A DNA stretch of 64,000 nucleotides from a virus. Below are positions 26,959 to 38,400 of this stretch, one piece after another. The stretch is from the IMG/VR virus record IMGVR_UViG_3300042154_001567, positions 1 to 64,000 of that record; one strand, given 5' to 3'. Under the pieces are notes generated by a model that saw only the letters and a program-made list of their open reading frames with translations, was not told the DNA's origin and made no database searches. A program made the translations under genes and the position numbers. How positions within the stretch are numbered: the first letter of the stretch is position 1; every line of letters starts with the position of its first letter.

Positions 26959-27177
26959 ATGGATTGTGCAAATTGTAATAAAACGTTTACTTGTGGTTGT
27001 CAAAAAGCATTTGATGATCAAGGAATAGCCATATGTAAAACATGTGTTAATGAATGGTCTAATAAAAAATTAAGTAATCAAGCACCTTCAAAAGAATTGC
27101 CAGTAAAAGAATTGTCAACAAGAGATTTAAATTTAGAATTAGCCACTCAACAAATTAGAGATCTGAGAAATAAATAA
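26959..27177 (+). CDS. Small Zn-finger protein
   Basis: CANC....CGC........CKTC. Confidence 0.7.
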   Translation: MDCANCNKTFTCGCQKAFDDQGIAICKTCVNEWSNKKLSNQAPSKELPVKELSTRDLNLELATQQIRDLRNK

Positions 27178-27179
27178 AT

Positions 27180-27680
27180 ATGGAGCAGGCACTTATTAAA
27201 AGAATTAAGATAGAGCAAACTTTTGCAGTACAGGCATATACAAATTTTAAAGAAATTAAATTTGGTATAGAACCTTGTTGTTTTATTGATTTTGAAAAGG
27301 CTACTTTAAATAAGTATTTATGTGATTGGCAAAATAGTGCTTCTAATAAAATAGTTATTGACAGTGGAGAAATGGGTATTTTTATTGAACCATTAGCAAT
27401 AATTAATTCAGAAGCAAGTATGTCTTGCCCAGTTGTACCAACTAATGTTTGTACAATAATAGATCTTGAAAATATTTTATGTAATGTTGGAACTTATATA
27501 CATTCACAAGATGCGCCATTATTGGTTTGGGTTATAAATCATAATTTAGGAAGTTTTCCATCAGTAACAGTAGTTGATAATTTAAACCATGTTGTAGTTG
27601 GTGATATAGTTTACAATAGTTCACATACATTAACAATAACATTTAGTTCTGCTTTTGCTGGATATGCATATTTAAATTAA
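27180..27680 (+). CDS. Structural protein with C-terminal HNLG beta domain
   Basis: W.INHNLG.FPSVTVVD......GD..Y.....LTITF...FAG.AYLN. Confidence 0.7.
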   Translation: MEQALIKRIKIEQTFAVQAYTNFKEIKFGIEPCCFIDFEKATLNKYLCDWQNSASNKIVIDSGEMGIFIEPLAIINSEASMSCPVVPTNVCTIIDLENILCNVGTYIHSQDAPLLVWVINHNLGSFPSVTVVDNLNHVVVGDIVYNSSHTLTITFSSAFAGYAYLN

Positions 27681-27709
27681 ATAGAATTTAAAAGAAAAAC
27701 AAAAAAAAC

Positions 27710-29959
27710 ATGGCAATTATATATTTAAGTAGTATTAACCTAAATCAGAATGAATTGCAATATGCAGTTATTCAAAATTTAAGTACTGTACCCTCAACAT
27801 CCACGGAAGGACAAATTTATTATGACACAGTAACAGATAAGTTACAGTTAAAAACAGCTGCGGGTTGGGTTCCAATTCAATCAGGACAAGAACTTAATAC
27901 AACTTACACGTTAGCTACAGCTCCAACAGGAACTGCAATTAGATTAACGGGTAGTGATTCTACTACCAATGATGTTACTTTAACTGGTGCTGGTACTACT
28001 ACTATTACAAGAACAAGTGGTACACAGTTAACAATTACAACAGCTGATCAGTTTGTTGGTACAGTAACTTCAGTAGCTGCCGGTACAGGTATATCTGTTA
28101 CTGGAACTGCTACTATAACTCCTACAGTTAATATTCTTTATGCTGGTGCATCAAATGCTATTTTAGCTGCTACTACTGCTGTTCCATTAGGTGAAGATAC
28201 ATTATGGTTTAGTGATGCTACAGATAGTACAATTAAAAAAAGTTTACTTTCATTATTTCCTGGATTTGGAAAAGATGGTACAGTTACAGAAGTAACAGGT
28301 GTTAACTCTACATTTATTTCAACTGCAGTTGCTAATGGAACATCAACACCTGCTATTACAGTTAGTTTAAGTGCAACAGGTTCACCAAGCGCATCTACTT
28401 ATTTAAGAGGTGATAATACATGGGCATCTCTTCCCAGTCCTTATACATGGTCTATAGGTGCTACTACTGGACTTTCTCAAGTTGTTGGAAGTGGTGCATT
28501 AGTAAAAATTTTAGCGGGTTCTGGTATAACAAGTACGGTAGCACCGAATGGTGGTGATCCAACTGTAACTATTGTAAATACAGGGGTTCTTGCACTTACT
28601 GCTGGTACTAATATAAGTATAACAGGTACACAAGCAAACTTAACTATTAATGCAACTGACCAATACCAAGGTACAGTTACATCTATTACATTAGCTGCTG
28701 GATCAGGAACCGGTACTGCAATTACTTCAAGTGGTACATTTACATTTACGGGAGGTACTGGTATTACAACTTCAGTATCAGGAACTACTGTAACAATTAA
28801 TGCTATAAATTTAGGTACTGTAACAAGTGTTGCTACTGGTTCTGGTTTAACTGGTGGTACTATTACTTCTACTGGTACTATTTCTGTTCAATATACTGGA
28901 GCAAGTAACATTGTAAATTCAGCACCTACTCAAGTAGTTGCATTGGGTGGTGATTCAATTTTAATTAATGATTTTTCAACAGGTAATGCGGCTAAAGCAT
29001 TAATTTCAAGTATATCATTAAGTCAATTAGGTTTACCTACTGCAGACTTAAGCATTGGTGGTTATAAATTAGAAAATGTTGCTAATCCAACTGTTGCTCA
29101 AGATGCTGCTACTAAAAACTATGTAGATACTACATTAGCTGGTTCTGGTGCTTTAATTTATCAAGGCGGTTATAATGCTTTAACAAATACACCTAACTTA
29201 GATACACCTCCTACAGGTACTATTAATAGAGGATTTACATATACTGTTACAGTAGATGGTTTATTTTTTACTGAACAAGTAAGAGTTGGTGATTTACTTA
29301 TTGCAAATATTAATACTCCAACTGTATTAGCAGATTGGACGAGAGTTCAAAATAATATTGATTTAGCTACTACAACTACTGTGGGTATTGCTAGCTTTGC
29401 TGCTGCAAGTTTTGCAGTAAGTGGTGCTGGTGAGGTTACTATTAAAAATGGTGGTGTTATTTTAGGTACACAAACTACTGGTTCTTATAACCCTACTGTT
29501 GGTACAACAGCAAGTGTTGATATTGGAAATAACACTACATCTGGTATTGAGGTATTTAATACTGTTTCATTAACAAATGGTGTAATTACAGCATATACTA
29601 CTGAGTATATCCAATCATCAAGTACAACTAATCCTGGTGTAATTTTAATTGCAACAGATGTTGAAGCAACTGCTGGTTCAGTTACTACTAAGGCAGTTAC
29701 TCCAGCACAATTAATTTCTAATGCAACTACAGTAGCTAATACTGCTATAACAAGTAGAGAGTTTAAAATAACTATTGCTGCATCAGGACCTGTAACGCAT
29801 AATATGAATTCATATGATGTTATGGTACAATTATATGATTCAGTTACAATGGAAACTGTATATGCTGATGTAGTTAGAACAAGTTCAAATACTGTTACTG
29901 TTACATTTGGAGCAGTTTTAGTTAACCCTATTAAAGTGTTAATTATTAAAATAGGGTAA
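27710..29959 (+). CDS. Tail/capsid fibre protein
   Basis: GTVTSV..GTG repeats, VANPT.AQDAATKNYVD, C-terminal THNM..DV.VQLYD domain. Confidence 0.8.
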   Translation: MAIIYLSSINLNQNELQYAVIQNLSTVPSTSTEGQIYYDTVTDKLQLKTAAGWVPIQSGQELNTTYTLATAPTGTAIRLTGSDSTTNDVTLTGAGTTTITRTSGTQLTITTADQFVGTVTSVAAGTGISVTGTATITPTVNILYAGASNAILAATTAVPLGEDTLWFSDATDSTIKKSLLSLFPGFGKDGTVTEVTGVNSTFISTAVANGTSTPAITVSLSATGSPSASTYLRGDNTWASLPSPYTWSIGATTGLSQVVGSGALVKILAGSGITSTVAPNGGDPTVTIVNTGVLALTAGTNISITGTQANLTINATDQYQGTVTSITLAAGSGTGTAITSSGTFTFTGGTGITTSVSGTTVTINAINLGTVTSVATGSGLTGGTITSTGTISVQYTGASNIVNSAPTQVVALGGDSILINDFSTGNAAKALISSISLSQLGLPTADLSIGGYKLENVANPTVAQDAATKNYVDTTLAGSGALIYQGGYNALTNTPNLDTPPTGTINRGFTYTVTVDGLFFTEQVRVGDLLIANINTPTVLADWTRVQNNIDLATTTTVGIASFAAASFAVSGAGEVTIKNGGVILGTQTTGSYNPTVGTTASVDIGNNTTSGIEVFNTVSLTNGVITAYTTEYIQSSSTTNPGVILIATDVEATAGSVTTKAVTPAQLISNATTVANTAITSREFKITIAASGPVTHNMNSYDVMVQLYDSVTMETVYADVVRTSSNTVTVTFGAVLVNPIKVLIIKIG

Positions 29960-29976
29960 TTAATAAAATTTATATG

Positions 29977-30014
29977 AAGGGGGATTTCATAAATTCATGT
30001 TTTCCCCCTTTTTT
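29977..30014 (+). terminator. Intrinsic terminator
   Basis: AAGGGGGA..TCCCCCTT followed by a T run. Confidence 0.7.
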
Positions 30015-30062
30015 ATAAATAAAAAATTGTACTTTCGGTGCAGATATTAAATAAAATTATAG

Positions 30063-33000
30063 ATGGCAATAAAATTTTTAACCAGTCAAAATATACAAGC
30101 AGGTACATTAACTGTATCAACTATAGCCAACTTAACTACAGCATCAAATACTTTTTTAGTTTCAGATGGTGGTTTAGTTAAATATAGAACTGCTGCAGAA
30201 GTGCTTTCTGATATTGGAGCAGGCACAGGTTCAGTAACATCTATTACAATAACTCCAGGTACAGGAATAAGCGGTGGAGGAACAATTACATCATCAGGTA
30301 CACTTACTATTACAAATACAGACTTGGGTTCTTCTCAAGCTATATTTAAAAATATTGCTGTTGCAGGCGAAAGTACTATAGTTGCTGATTCTAATAATGA
30401 TACATTAACTTTTATTAATGGATCTAATATTGCTATTACTACTAATGCAACAACTGATACAATAACCATATCTGCATCTGATACTAACAATTATCCAACT
30501 AGTTTAGCTTGGGATACAGCAACAGGTATTTTAACTTTAGGTAGAAATGGTTTATCTTCTTTAACTGTAGATTTAGATAATAGATATGCAGAATTAGGAA
30601 CTCAAGTTACAAATAAACTTACTAAGTGGAATGGTTCAAATGTTATTACTGAATCTATTATTTATGATAATGGTACGAATGTAGGAATAGGGACTACGAC
30701 ACCAACAGTCGCATTACAAGTTAATGGATCTGGATCAGCAAATAATTATCGAGGAGTAATAAGAATAATTAATAATTCAGCAGAACAATGGAGTGGATTA
30801 TCATTACCAGATAATGCATCTAGTGATGCTAATTCTTCAAATTATTATTTTATAGGTAGAGGTAATTCACTTGCAAATAGAGAACTTAGTTTTCATATTC
30901 CTACAGCTGCTAATTATGGTTCAGGGGATCAACCATTATTTCGATTTGCTTCAACTGGAGCTGATAATTTAATGACTATACAGGCAGTCACAGGAAATAC
31001 ATATATAAAAGGTAATGTAGGAATTGGGACAACTAGTCCAATAGACGTTTTACACGTTGTTGGTGGCATATCAAGTACATCACTTTCTAATACATTAAAT
31101 GGTAGTATTGGTTCAATACAAATGGGTTATGATGGAACTAATGGTGTAATTAGAACTTGGAATTCATCTCCTATAATAATTGCTGCTTACAATTACCAAG
31201 CATTTGAAACAACAGGTGCTGAAAGAATGCGTATTGCTACTTCAGGTAATGTCCTAATCGGAACTACTTCAGGTTCTTTCCCACTTACCGTAGTTGGTAA
31301 AATAGGTGCTAATATATTTGGAGATAGTTATTTAGAATTCCCATCAAATGGACATGCAATCTTAAAAGCAAACAACGATGTCTTTGTAGGTTATTCACAA
31401 AACTTTGTTGTTAAACAAAATGGATATGTAGGTGTCGGAACAACAAACCCTTTATATAGATTAGAATCAACTACTACAGCGTTGTTTGGTACAACTGCTT
31501 ATGGTGTTCTTAATATAGCAGGGGATAATCCTGCATACATAAAAATTAAAACAAACATTCCTTTTTCTTATGGTGCTCAAGGATACACAGTAAATATTAA
31601 AGGTTTCCAATATGGAAGTGCTCAAACATTAGATTTACAAGTATGTTGGCATCAATATGCTGATGCATTTACTAGTCCAACAATTACGTCTAAAGGATCA
31701 TTTGCTCCTGTAGTTAGGTTAGCTAGAGAGAATGGATTAGTAGTAATCGTACTTACTTGGGGTCAATATTGGCCGAAATTATATGTAGAGTCTGTTCATA
31801 ATTATATTAATGACGGATATGCAAATGGTTGGACGTGGGTTGATGAAAATGTTACAGGTGATAAAACGGTTACCTTATCTTACAAGAATGACTTCGGTGA
31901 TGGCTTTGTAAAGACAGCAGCAGGATTAGTTGGTATAGGGACAAGTAATCCTACAAAAAAACTTGATGTTATTGGTCAAGCAGCAATAGGATCTGGTGCT
32001 CAAGCAATTGTTGGAACAGATGGAACTTATGCTGGATATTCTACTATAGGATTTGGTGGTACAACAAATGGATACAATAGAGTATTTGGAAACAATGGAA
32101 CGGGTGATGGTTTATTTTTAGCAGCAGCAACAAGTCAAGGTATTTCTTTTTGGACAAATGGTGCTAATAATAGAATGTATATTACTTCAAGTGGTAATGT
32201 TTTAATAAATACAACTACAGACTCAGGCTATAAGTTAGATGTTAATGGTACTGCAAGGGTGAGTGGTCAAGTTGTATCAGATACTAAATTTTTTGTTGCT
32301 GGCACTCCTAATGTTAATAGTGGAGATTTAATAAGTGTAAGAGATTTAAGTGCAACTGGTTCTAATACTACTTTTGGTGGTGTGTTTTTTAATTCAAGTC
32401 CCGGTAATGATTACTCAATAGGTAAACTAACTGAAAATAGTGTTGGATTTTTACAAATTAGAAATGGTAATAATGGTGCAGAATTATTAAGAATTGGTTC
32501 AACAGGTGTAACTACCATTACAAACCTTGCAGGCACAGGTAGCAGAATGGTCGTGGCTGATGCGTCAGGTGTTTTATCTACTCAAGCTATTCCTACAGGA
32601 ACTGTTACAGGTACGGGTACAACAAATTACATTTCAAAATGGACTAGTGGGAGTGCTTTAGCGAATAGTTCTATTGTAGATGATGGAGCGGGGAATGTCT
32701 ATGTATATAGTAGATTATTTCAATCAAATGGAACTAACCAAATGATATTTGGTCAATGGGATGGAGTAAATAATAGAATTGAAGGCTCAAGTGGATTACC
32801 TATGTATATGGTAACTTATGGGTCTGCATTAAAATTTGGAGTTAGTGGAGATGAAAAAGCACAAATTAACTCTTCAGGTAATTTACTTATAGGAACTACA
32901 ACTGACGCAGGGTATAAACTTGATGTTAATGGAAGTATCAAATCACAAGGTATACTATTTGAAAAATCTCCATATGAAACAAGGAGTATTGGATTAGATA

Positions 33001-35486
33001 CATATGGTTGGTATTTTTATAATAATACAGACAGCCGTTATGATATGCTTATTGATGCATCAGGTAATGTTGGTATTGGTACAACAAGTCCGGGGGCTAA
33101 ACTTGAAGTAAATGGTAATATAAAATTAAGTGGTGCTGCTGGTGCTACCTCAACTCCAAGTTATATTTGGTTAGGTAATGACTATAGTAACGGTGTAACT
33201 AGAGATAAATTAAAAATATATTTATATAATTCAGGTGTAGAACAATATGGTTTTACTGTAGGTTCAATTGGTGATGTACAATATCACTCAAATGCATTTC
33301 ATGATTTTTATACTAATAACTCACTTTCTTTAAGAATTAACAGTAGTGGTAATGTAGGAATAGGAACGACTATACCTAATGGTAAGTTAAATGTTGTAGA
33401 TACTTTAAATAATGGTACTTATGGTGCTGTTAATATCACAAATAATGTGGCGAATGTTTCTTATGGACATGGTCTTATTATTAATGTACCTAATTTTGCT
33501 GTGGGATGGGGAGGTAATACAAACTACTCATTGGCAAAATTTATGGATGCGGGAGGGGATGCAGCGTGGATAGGAGGTGCACAATCATATTTTAGAGGTA
33601 ATGTAGGAATAGGAACAACTACTCCTGCAACTAAATTAGAAGTAGTCGGTGGATACATTAGTACTAAAGATGATGCTACTTATGGTGGTGCTTTTATGGA
33701 AGGTGCTAATGGGATTGCTTATTTTGGTTCATTAGGTAATGATGTTATTTCATTATATAGTGGTGGGGCAATTAAACTACAAATTAAATCTAACGGAAAT
33801 ACTTTAATCGGCACTACTACAGATTCAGGATATAAATTTTATGTAAATGGAAATGTATCTTTTGAATCAGGAAAAATATACACCGTAAATAATGCTAATG
33901 GAAATTCATTAGATATATATAATCATGCAGGTACAGGAGCTAATGCTTGGAGGCATATTTATGGTGGGTCTGGGACTGGGTATGGTGTTGGAGTAGGAGG
34001 ATATGGCATATATTACAATGGGAATTCAGGCTATAATCAAATAAACTTTCCAAATGGGGATGTTTATTTTGGGTATAACGTAGGTATTGGAACTAATAGT
34101 CCTATAGCAAAATTGACTGTTAATGAACTTCCGGTTGCAGAATTAGGGTCTACATCTTATGGGTCAGCAGTTATTCATGGAACAAATTATAATTTAAGCA
34201 ATACTCAAAGAGGAATTGTTGATATAAATTACATAGATGTTGCAGCTCAAGATAATGGTTCAACCTTGACATTTACTAATAACGCTGGTATGTTTGGGTA
34301 TGGATATTCTTATGTTGGAGTTGGACTAAAAGCTGGTAAAGAAAACTCTACTAATCAAAATCAAGCTACATATTTTGCAATTTCAACAAATAGTAATAGT
34401 GGATTTGCTGAAAGATTTAGAATATCTTCAACAGGTGCAGCAACCTTTTCTTCTTCGGTAACTACGGGTGGGGATATTATTGTTAATAATAGTACAAATC
34501 CATATTCAAGTACAAATCGTGGAGCTATATTTTTAAATGGAGTTACTAATTCGCTTTATGGATTTGGAGTTGGAGGTGTGGCTAAAGGGTATTTGTATCA
34601 TGAAGGTACTAATATGTATTTTGAAAATACGGTTAGTGGTGGATTTTTTAATATAGTTCAAGTTGGTGCGGGTTATATCGGGTTTCAAACAAATGGTTCT
34701 GAAAAAATGCGACTTAATTCAAGTGGTCAATTACTTTTAGGGACAAGCACAAGTAGTTCGTACTTGTTAGATGTAAATGGAGATACAAGAGTTACAGGAA
34801 CTTTATTAGCAGTATCAGCAGGTGGACAACCTGCAATGCAATTAAGTGGTAATAACCCTGATTATGCTCAATTAAAATTAATTAATACAAATGGTTATAA
34901 TTATGCTATAATATCAGGAATAACATCTCTTACAAATGCAGGATTTAGTATTAGAAATATAACATTAGGAACTGATATATTAACTCTTGCAGCAGCGGGT
35001 GCAGCAACATTCTCATCTTCAGTTACCGCTACCAACTTCATAGTACCCGGTGGAACATCAGCACAATTCTTAAAAGCAGATGGCTCATTAGATTCAAATG
35101 TATACCTTACATCAACAAGTAGCACATTCAGTTATACTTCAAGTGTAACTTTATCTCCTACATGGCAGAATACAGGCGTGAGTAGTACTAACTTAGGAAC
35201 AGGGACTTACCTTGTAAATTGTTTTGTTAATGATCACGCTGTAGGTGGGGAACAATATAGTTGCACCTATGCAGGGATTATGTATTTTTATGCAGGTGGA
35301 ACAAACGGATCAGATGCAAACGAGATTGTATTACACCATTCAGGTCATGCTGATCAGGGAAGATATCTTTATTTAAGAACATTAAATACTTATAATACGG
35401 ATGGTAAAACATACTTACAGATAAGCGGAAACGGAACAAATTCAGGAGCATCAAACTACCAATTTACATTTAAAAAATTATTATAA
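30063..35486 (+). CDS. Long tail fibre protein 1
   Basis: 1807 aa; many GNVGIGTT.P..KL.V.G repeats. Confidence 0.85.
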   Translation: MAIKFLTSQNIQAGTLTVSTIANLTTASNTFLVSDGGLVKYRTAAEVLSDIGAGTGSVTSITITPGTGISGGGTITSSGTLTITNTDLGSSQAIFKNIAVAGESTIVADSNNDTLTFINGSNIAITTNATTDTITISASDTNNYPTSLAWDTATGILTLGRNGLSSLTVDLDNRYAELGTQVTNKLTKWNGSNVITESIIYDNGTNVGIGTTTPTVALQVNGSGSANNYRGVIRIINNSAEQWSGLSLPDNASSDANSSNYYFIGRGNSLANRELSFHIPTAANYGSGDQPLFRFASTGADNLMTIQAVTGNTYIKGNVGIGTTSPIDVLHVVGGISSTSLSNTLNGSIGSIQMGYDGTNGVIRTWNSSPIIIAAYNYQAFETTGAERMRIATSGNVLIGTTSGSFPLTVVGKIGANIFGDSYLEFPSNGHAILKANNDVFVGYSQNFVVKQNGYVGVGTTNPLYRLESTTTALFGTTAYGVLNIAGDNPAYIKIKTNIPFSYGAQGYTVNIKGFQYGSAQTLDLQVCWHQYADAFTSPTITSKGSFAPVVRLARENGLVVIVLTWGQYWPKLYVESVHNYINDGYANGWTWVDENVTGDKTVTLSYKNDFGDGFVKTAAGLVGIGTSNPTKKLDVIGQAAIGSGAQAIVGTDGTYAGYSTIGFGGTTNGYNRVFGNNGTGDGLFLAAATSQGISFWTNGANNRMYITSSGNVLINTTTDSGYKLDVNGTARVSGQVVSDTKFFVAGTPNVNSGDLISVRDLSATGSNTTFGGVFFNSSPGNDYSIGKLTENSVGFLQIRNGNNGAELLRIGSTGVTTITNLAGTGSRMVVADASGVLSTQAIPTGTVTGTGTTNYISKWTSGSALANSSIVDDGAGNVYVYSRLFQSNGTNQMIFGQWDGVNNRIEGSSGLPMYMVTYGSALKFGVSGDEKAQINSSGNLLIGTTTDAGYKLDVNGSIKSQGILFEKSPYETRSIGLDTYGWYFYNNTDSRYDMLIDASGNVGIGTTSPGAKLEVNGNIKLSGAAGATSTPSYIWLGNDYSNGVTRDKLKIYLYNSGVEQYGFTVGSIGDVQYHSNAFHDFYTNNSLSLRINSSGNVGIGTTIPNGKLNVVDTLNNGTYGAVNITNNVANVSYGHGLIINVPNFAVGWGGNTNYSLAKFMDAGGDAAWIGGAQSYFRGNVGIGTTTPATKLEVVGGYISTKDDATYGGAFMEGANGIAYFGSLGNDVISLYSGGAIKLQIKSNGNTLIGTTTDSGYKFYVNGNVSFESGKIYTVNNANGNSLDIYNHAGTGANAWRHIYGGSGTGYGVGVGGYGIYYNGNSGYNQINFPNGDVYFGYNVGIGTNSPIAKLTVNELPVAELGSTSYGSAVIHGTNYNLSNTQRGIVDINYIDVAAQDNGSTLTFTNNAGMFGYGYSYVGVGLKAGKENSTNQNQATYFAISTNSNSGFAERFRISSTGAATFSSSVTTGGDIIVNNSTNPYSSTNRGAIFLNGVTNSLYGFGVGGVAKGYLYHEGTNMYFENTVSGGFFNIVQVGAGYIGFQTNGSEKMRLNSSGQLLLGTSTSSSYLLDVNGDTRVTGTLLAVSAGGQPAMQLSGNNPDYAQLKLINTNGYNYAIISGITSLTNAGFSIRNITLGTDILTLAAAGAATFSSSVTATNFIVPGGTSAQFLKADGSLDSNVYLTSTSSTFSYTSSVTLSPTWQNTGVSSTNLGTGTYLVNCFVNDHAVGGEQYSCTYAGIMYFYAGGTNGSDANEIVLHHSGHADQGRYLYLRTLNTYNTDGKTYLQISGNGTNSGASNYQFTFKKLL

Positions 35487-35487
35487 T

Positions 35488-38400
35488 ATGTCAGTAAAAA
35501 TATCAAGCCTAAATACAGCTTCAACAATTTCTTCAGGGGATGACATTAACATTGCTGGAAACAACCCACTATATTTTAGTGATTGGGGTGGCGGATGGTT
35601 TATGCAGGATTCAGCTTGGATAAGGTCATATAACTCAAAGTCGTTATGGATTGGTGCAGGGGTTATTGGTGGGGATGGTGGTTTGACAATTGGATATGGT
35701 GGTACAAGTTATGGTACAAATAATGCTATTATAGCAGGGTTAGTAGGTATTGGAACGACAAGTCCTAGTGCTAAATTACATATTGGAGAAAGTGGAGCTG
35801 CTGCTCAATTATGGCTTCAAAGAACTGACGGTTATAACCCTATTAAATTAATTGGAGGAACATTGTCTGATGGGAATGGGTTTAAAATAACAATGAACAC
35901 TACTGATGCTTTTGCTATCACCTCCACAGGCAACGTAGGAATAGGAACGACTAGTCCTTTGGCTAAGCTAGATGTAGAAACATCAGCTGCCGGATATGCT
36001 GCTATAATAAAAAATACTAGTGCAGGAGGGGATTATCTTAAAATGATAGGCGACTCAGGTAATACGGTTTTTGAGTTTGGTTCAGGAGGTACAGGTGGAG
36101 AAGGATTTGTTAATATATATTCAGACGCAGTCCAAAAAATACTTTTTGATGCAAACGGTGCTTCTTACTTTAATGCAGGTAATGTTGGTATAGGGACAAC
36201 AAGTCCAAACTCAAATTTAACTGTTAGTGGAACAACAAGTTTATTTAATGGAGCTTCAACTGCGGGGGCTGTTGAAGCTGGACACTCAGAAATAATAACA
36301 ACTGGATTTAATATAGATGCGGGTGCTTCTCTTGATATTAGCAATATTAATGTTACATTAAATAAATGGAAAGTTATAATTAAAGGAGGATTTGCAAATA
36401 ATTATGAAGGAGCAGGTTTAATTTCATCATCTTTAGAAATTGAAGTAGATAGTAATTCTCCAACAATAGATATAGGTTCAACAGATTTAACTTTTTCTAG
36501 AAATAGTAGTACAGGTAAGTTACAAGTAACAAATACTAATAGCTCTGGGTTTAGAGTTGGTTTTGTTGGAACAATACAAATAATAAATTATCCAATATCT
36601 ATACTTCCTACTACTTCAAAAATTATCCTTGGTAAAGTTGGTATAGGTACAACTACTCCTGCAACTAAATTACAAGTAGTTGGCGGGTATATTAGCACTA
36701 AAGATAACGCTGCTTATGGTGGTGCTTTTATGGAAGGTGATAATGGTGTTGTTCATTTTGGTTCGTTAGGTACTGATAATGTAAGTTTATACTCAAGTGG
36801 TACTCGTTTATTTATAAATGGAACAACAGGGAATATTGGAATTGGAACAACAAATCCTAGTGCTAAATTACAAACAGTATCCTCAGGTTTAGGAGATGGA
36901 GGAGGTATTAGAATTACTAACACCGGAGCAGGAGGAGATGATTATAGAATATGGCCTACAGCAACAGTAAATGGTGAAGGTGCTGGTAAACTTATATTCT
37001 CTAATAATGGAGGAAATGTATTAACATTAACAAGTGGAGGAAATGTAGGTATTGGGACTACTAGTCCTAGTGCACCACTTACTGTAGCGGGCACAACTGA
37101 TTTAGCTTGGGCAGCATCAACATCTAAATTACAAATATCAAGAAATTCAACAGTTGCAAGGCTTCAAAACTACGAAAACGGATCCGCCTCTACTAACCTA
37201 GCACTCCAGTGGGAAGGCGGTAACGTAGGTATTGGTACTACTAGTCCAAACAGAACATTAAGTGTAAATGGTATTATAGGAGTTGCTTCGGGAACTGCTA
37301 ATACACAACAATTAGTATTTAATATAGATAGCGGAGCAAGTTATATTACATCTTCTTATTTTGGTTCATCTTCATATGTACCTATGTATTTTGAAACAGG
37401 GGGTGCAGTTAGATTAGCAATTCAAACTAATGGTAATATTGGAATCGGCACAACCACAGATGCAGGCTACAAGTTAGACGTAAATGGTAGTGGTAGGTTT
37501 AGTTCAATTTTAACAATTTCTACTGCTATTAGTATAAACCCAGCGGACTATGTTAACAATGTTGTAATTGGAAATGTTGGTGATAGTGCTTGGAGAGCAA
37601 AAGGAATTGGTGGAAGTGCAGCGGCTAATCATAATTGGACTATTGCTCACAATGGATCAAATTTATATTTTGGAATATCTAATGGGGTTACAGCAAGTCT
37701 GGTAAGTTGGTTAGTAGTTTCTCCTAGTGGTGCAGTAGAATTCAATTCTCTTGCAGGCACAGGTAGCAGGATGGTAGTGGCGGATGCATCAGGTGTTTTA
37801 TCAACCCAAACAATTCCCACAGGAACTGTTACAGGAACAGGAACAACTAATTATTTACCAAAGTTTACAGGAGCAAGTGCTTTAGGGGATTCTCAAATAT
37901 TTGATAATGGTAGTGGTGTAACAATTAATGGAACAACAGTAGGAGAGAAATTTAATGTTAATGGTTATATTGGATTGCAAAACGCAGGTGTTCAAAAATG
38001 GCACTTTGGAGCAAATGCAAGTAATGCTTTAGTATTCTCAAGGAGTGGTGTTGCTGATAGAATGGTATTAGATTCTGATGGTAATGTAGGAATAGGAACT
38101 ACTACTCCAAATAGAAAATTAACTATTGAAGGGACTTCTAATGCTTATATGTCTTTTAATGCAACTTCAAATAGAAATACTACAATAGGAAGTGATGGAG
38201 TTGGTAATTTTGTTGTATTTGATGATACTTTTGGAGATTATAGAATGGCTATATTTTCAGATGGAAATCTTGCTATAAATAGAAGCACCAACGCAGGCTA
38301 CAAGTTAGATGTAAATGGTACTGCAAGAGTACAAGGTCAATTATCGGTTAATCATTCTTTAAGTAGTAATTATGGTGCTGTTATTTATAACACATCAGCA

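Noticed and set aside
35470-35500. Programmed frameshift fusing the two fibre genes
   Set aside because: Ordinary stop, 1-nt gap and ATG; each gene has its own plausible termini and no clear slippery site with a stimulatory structure.
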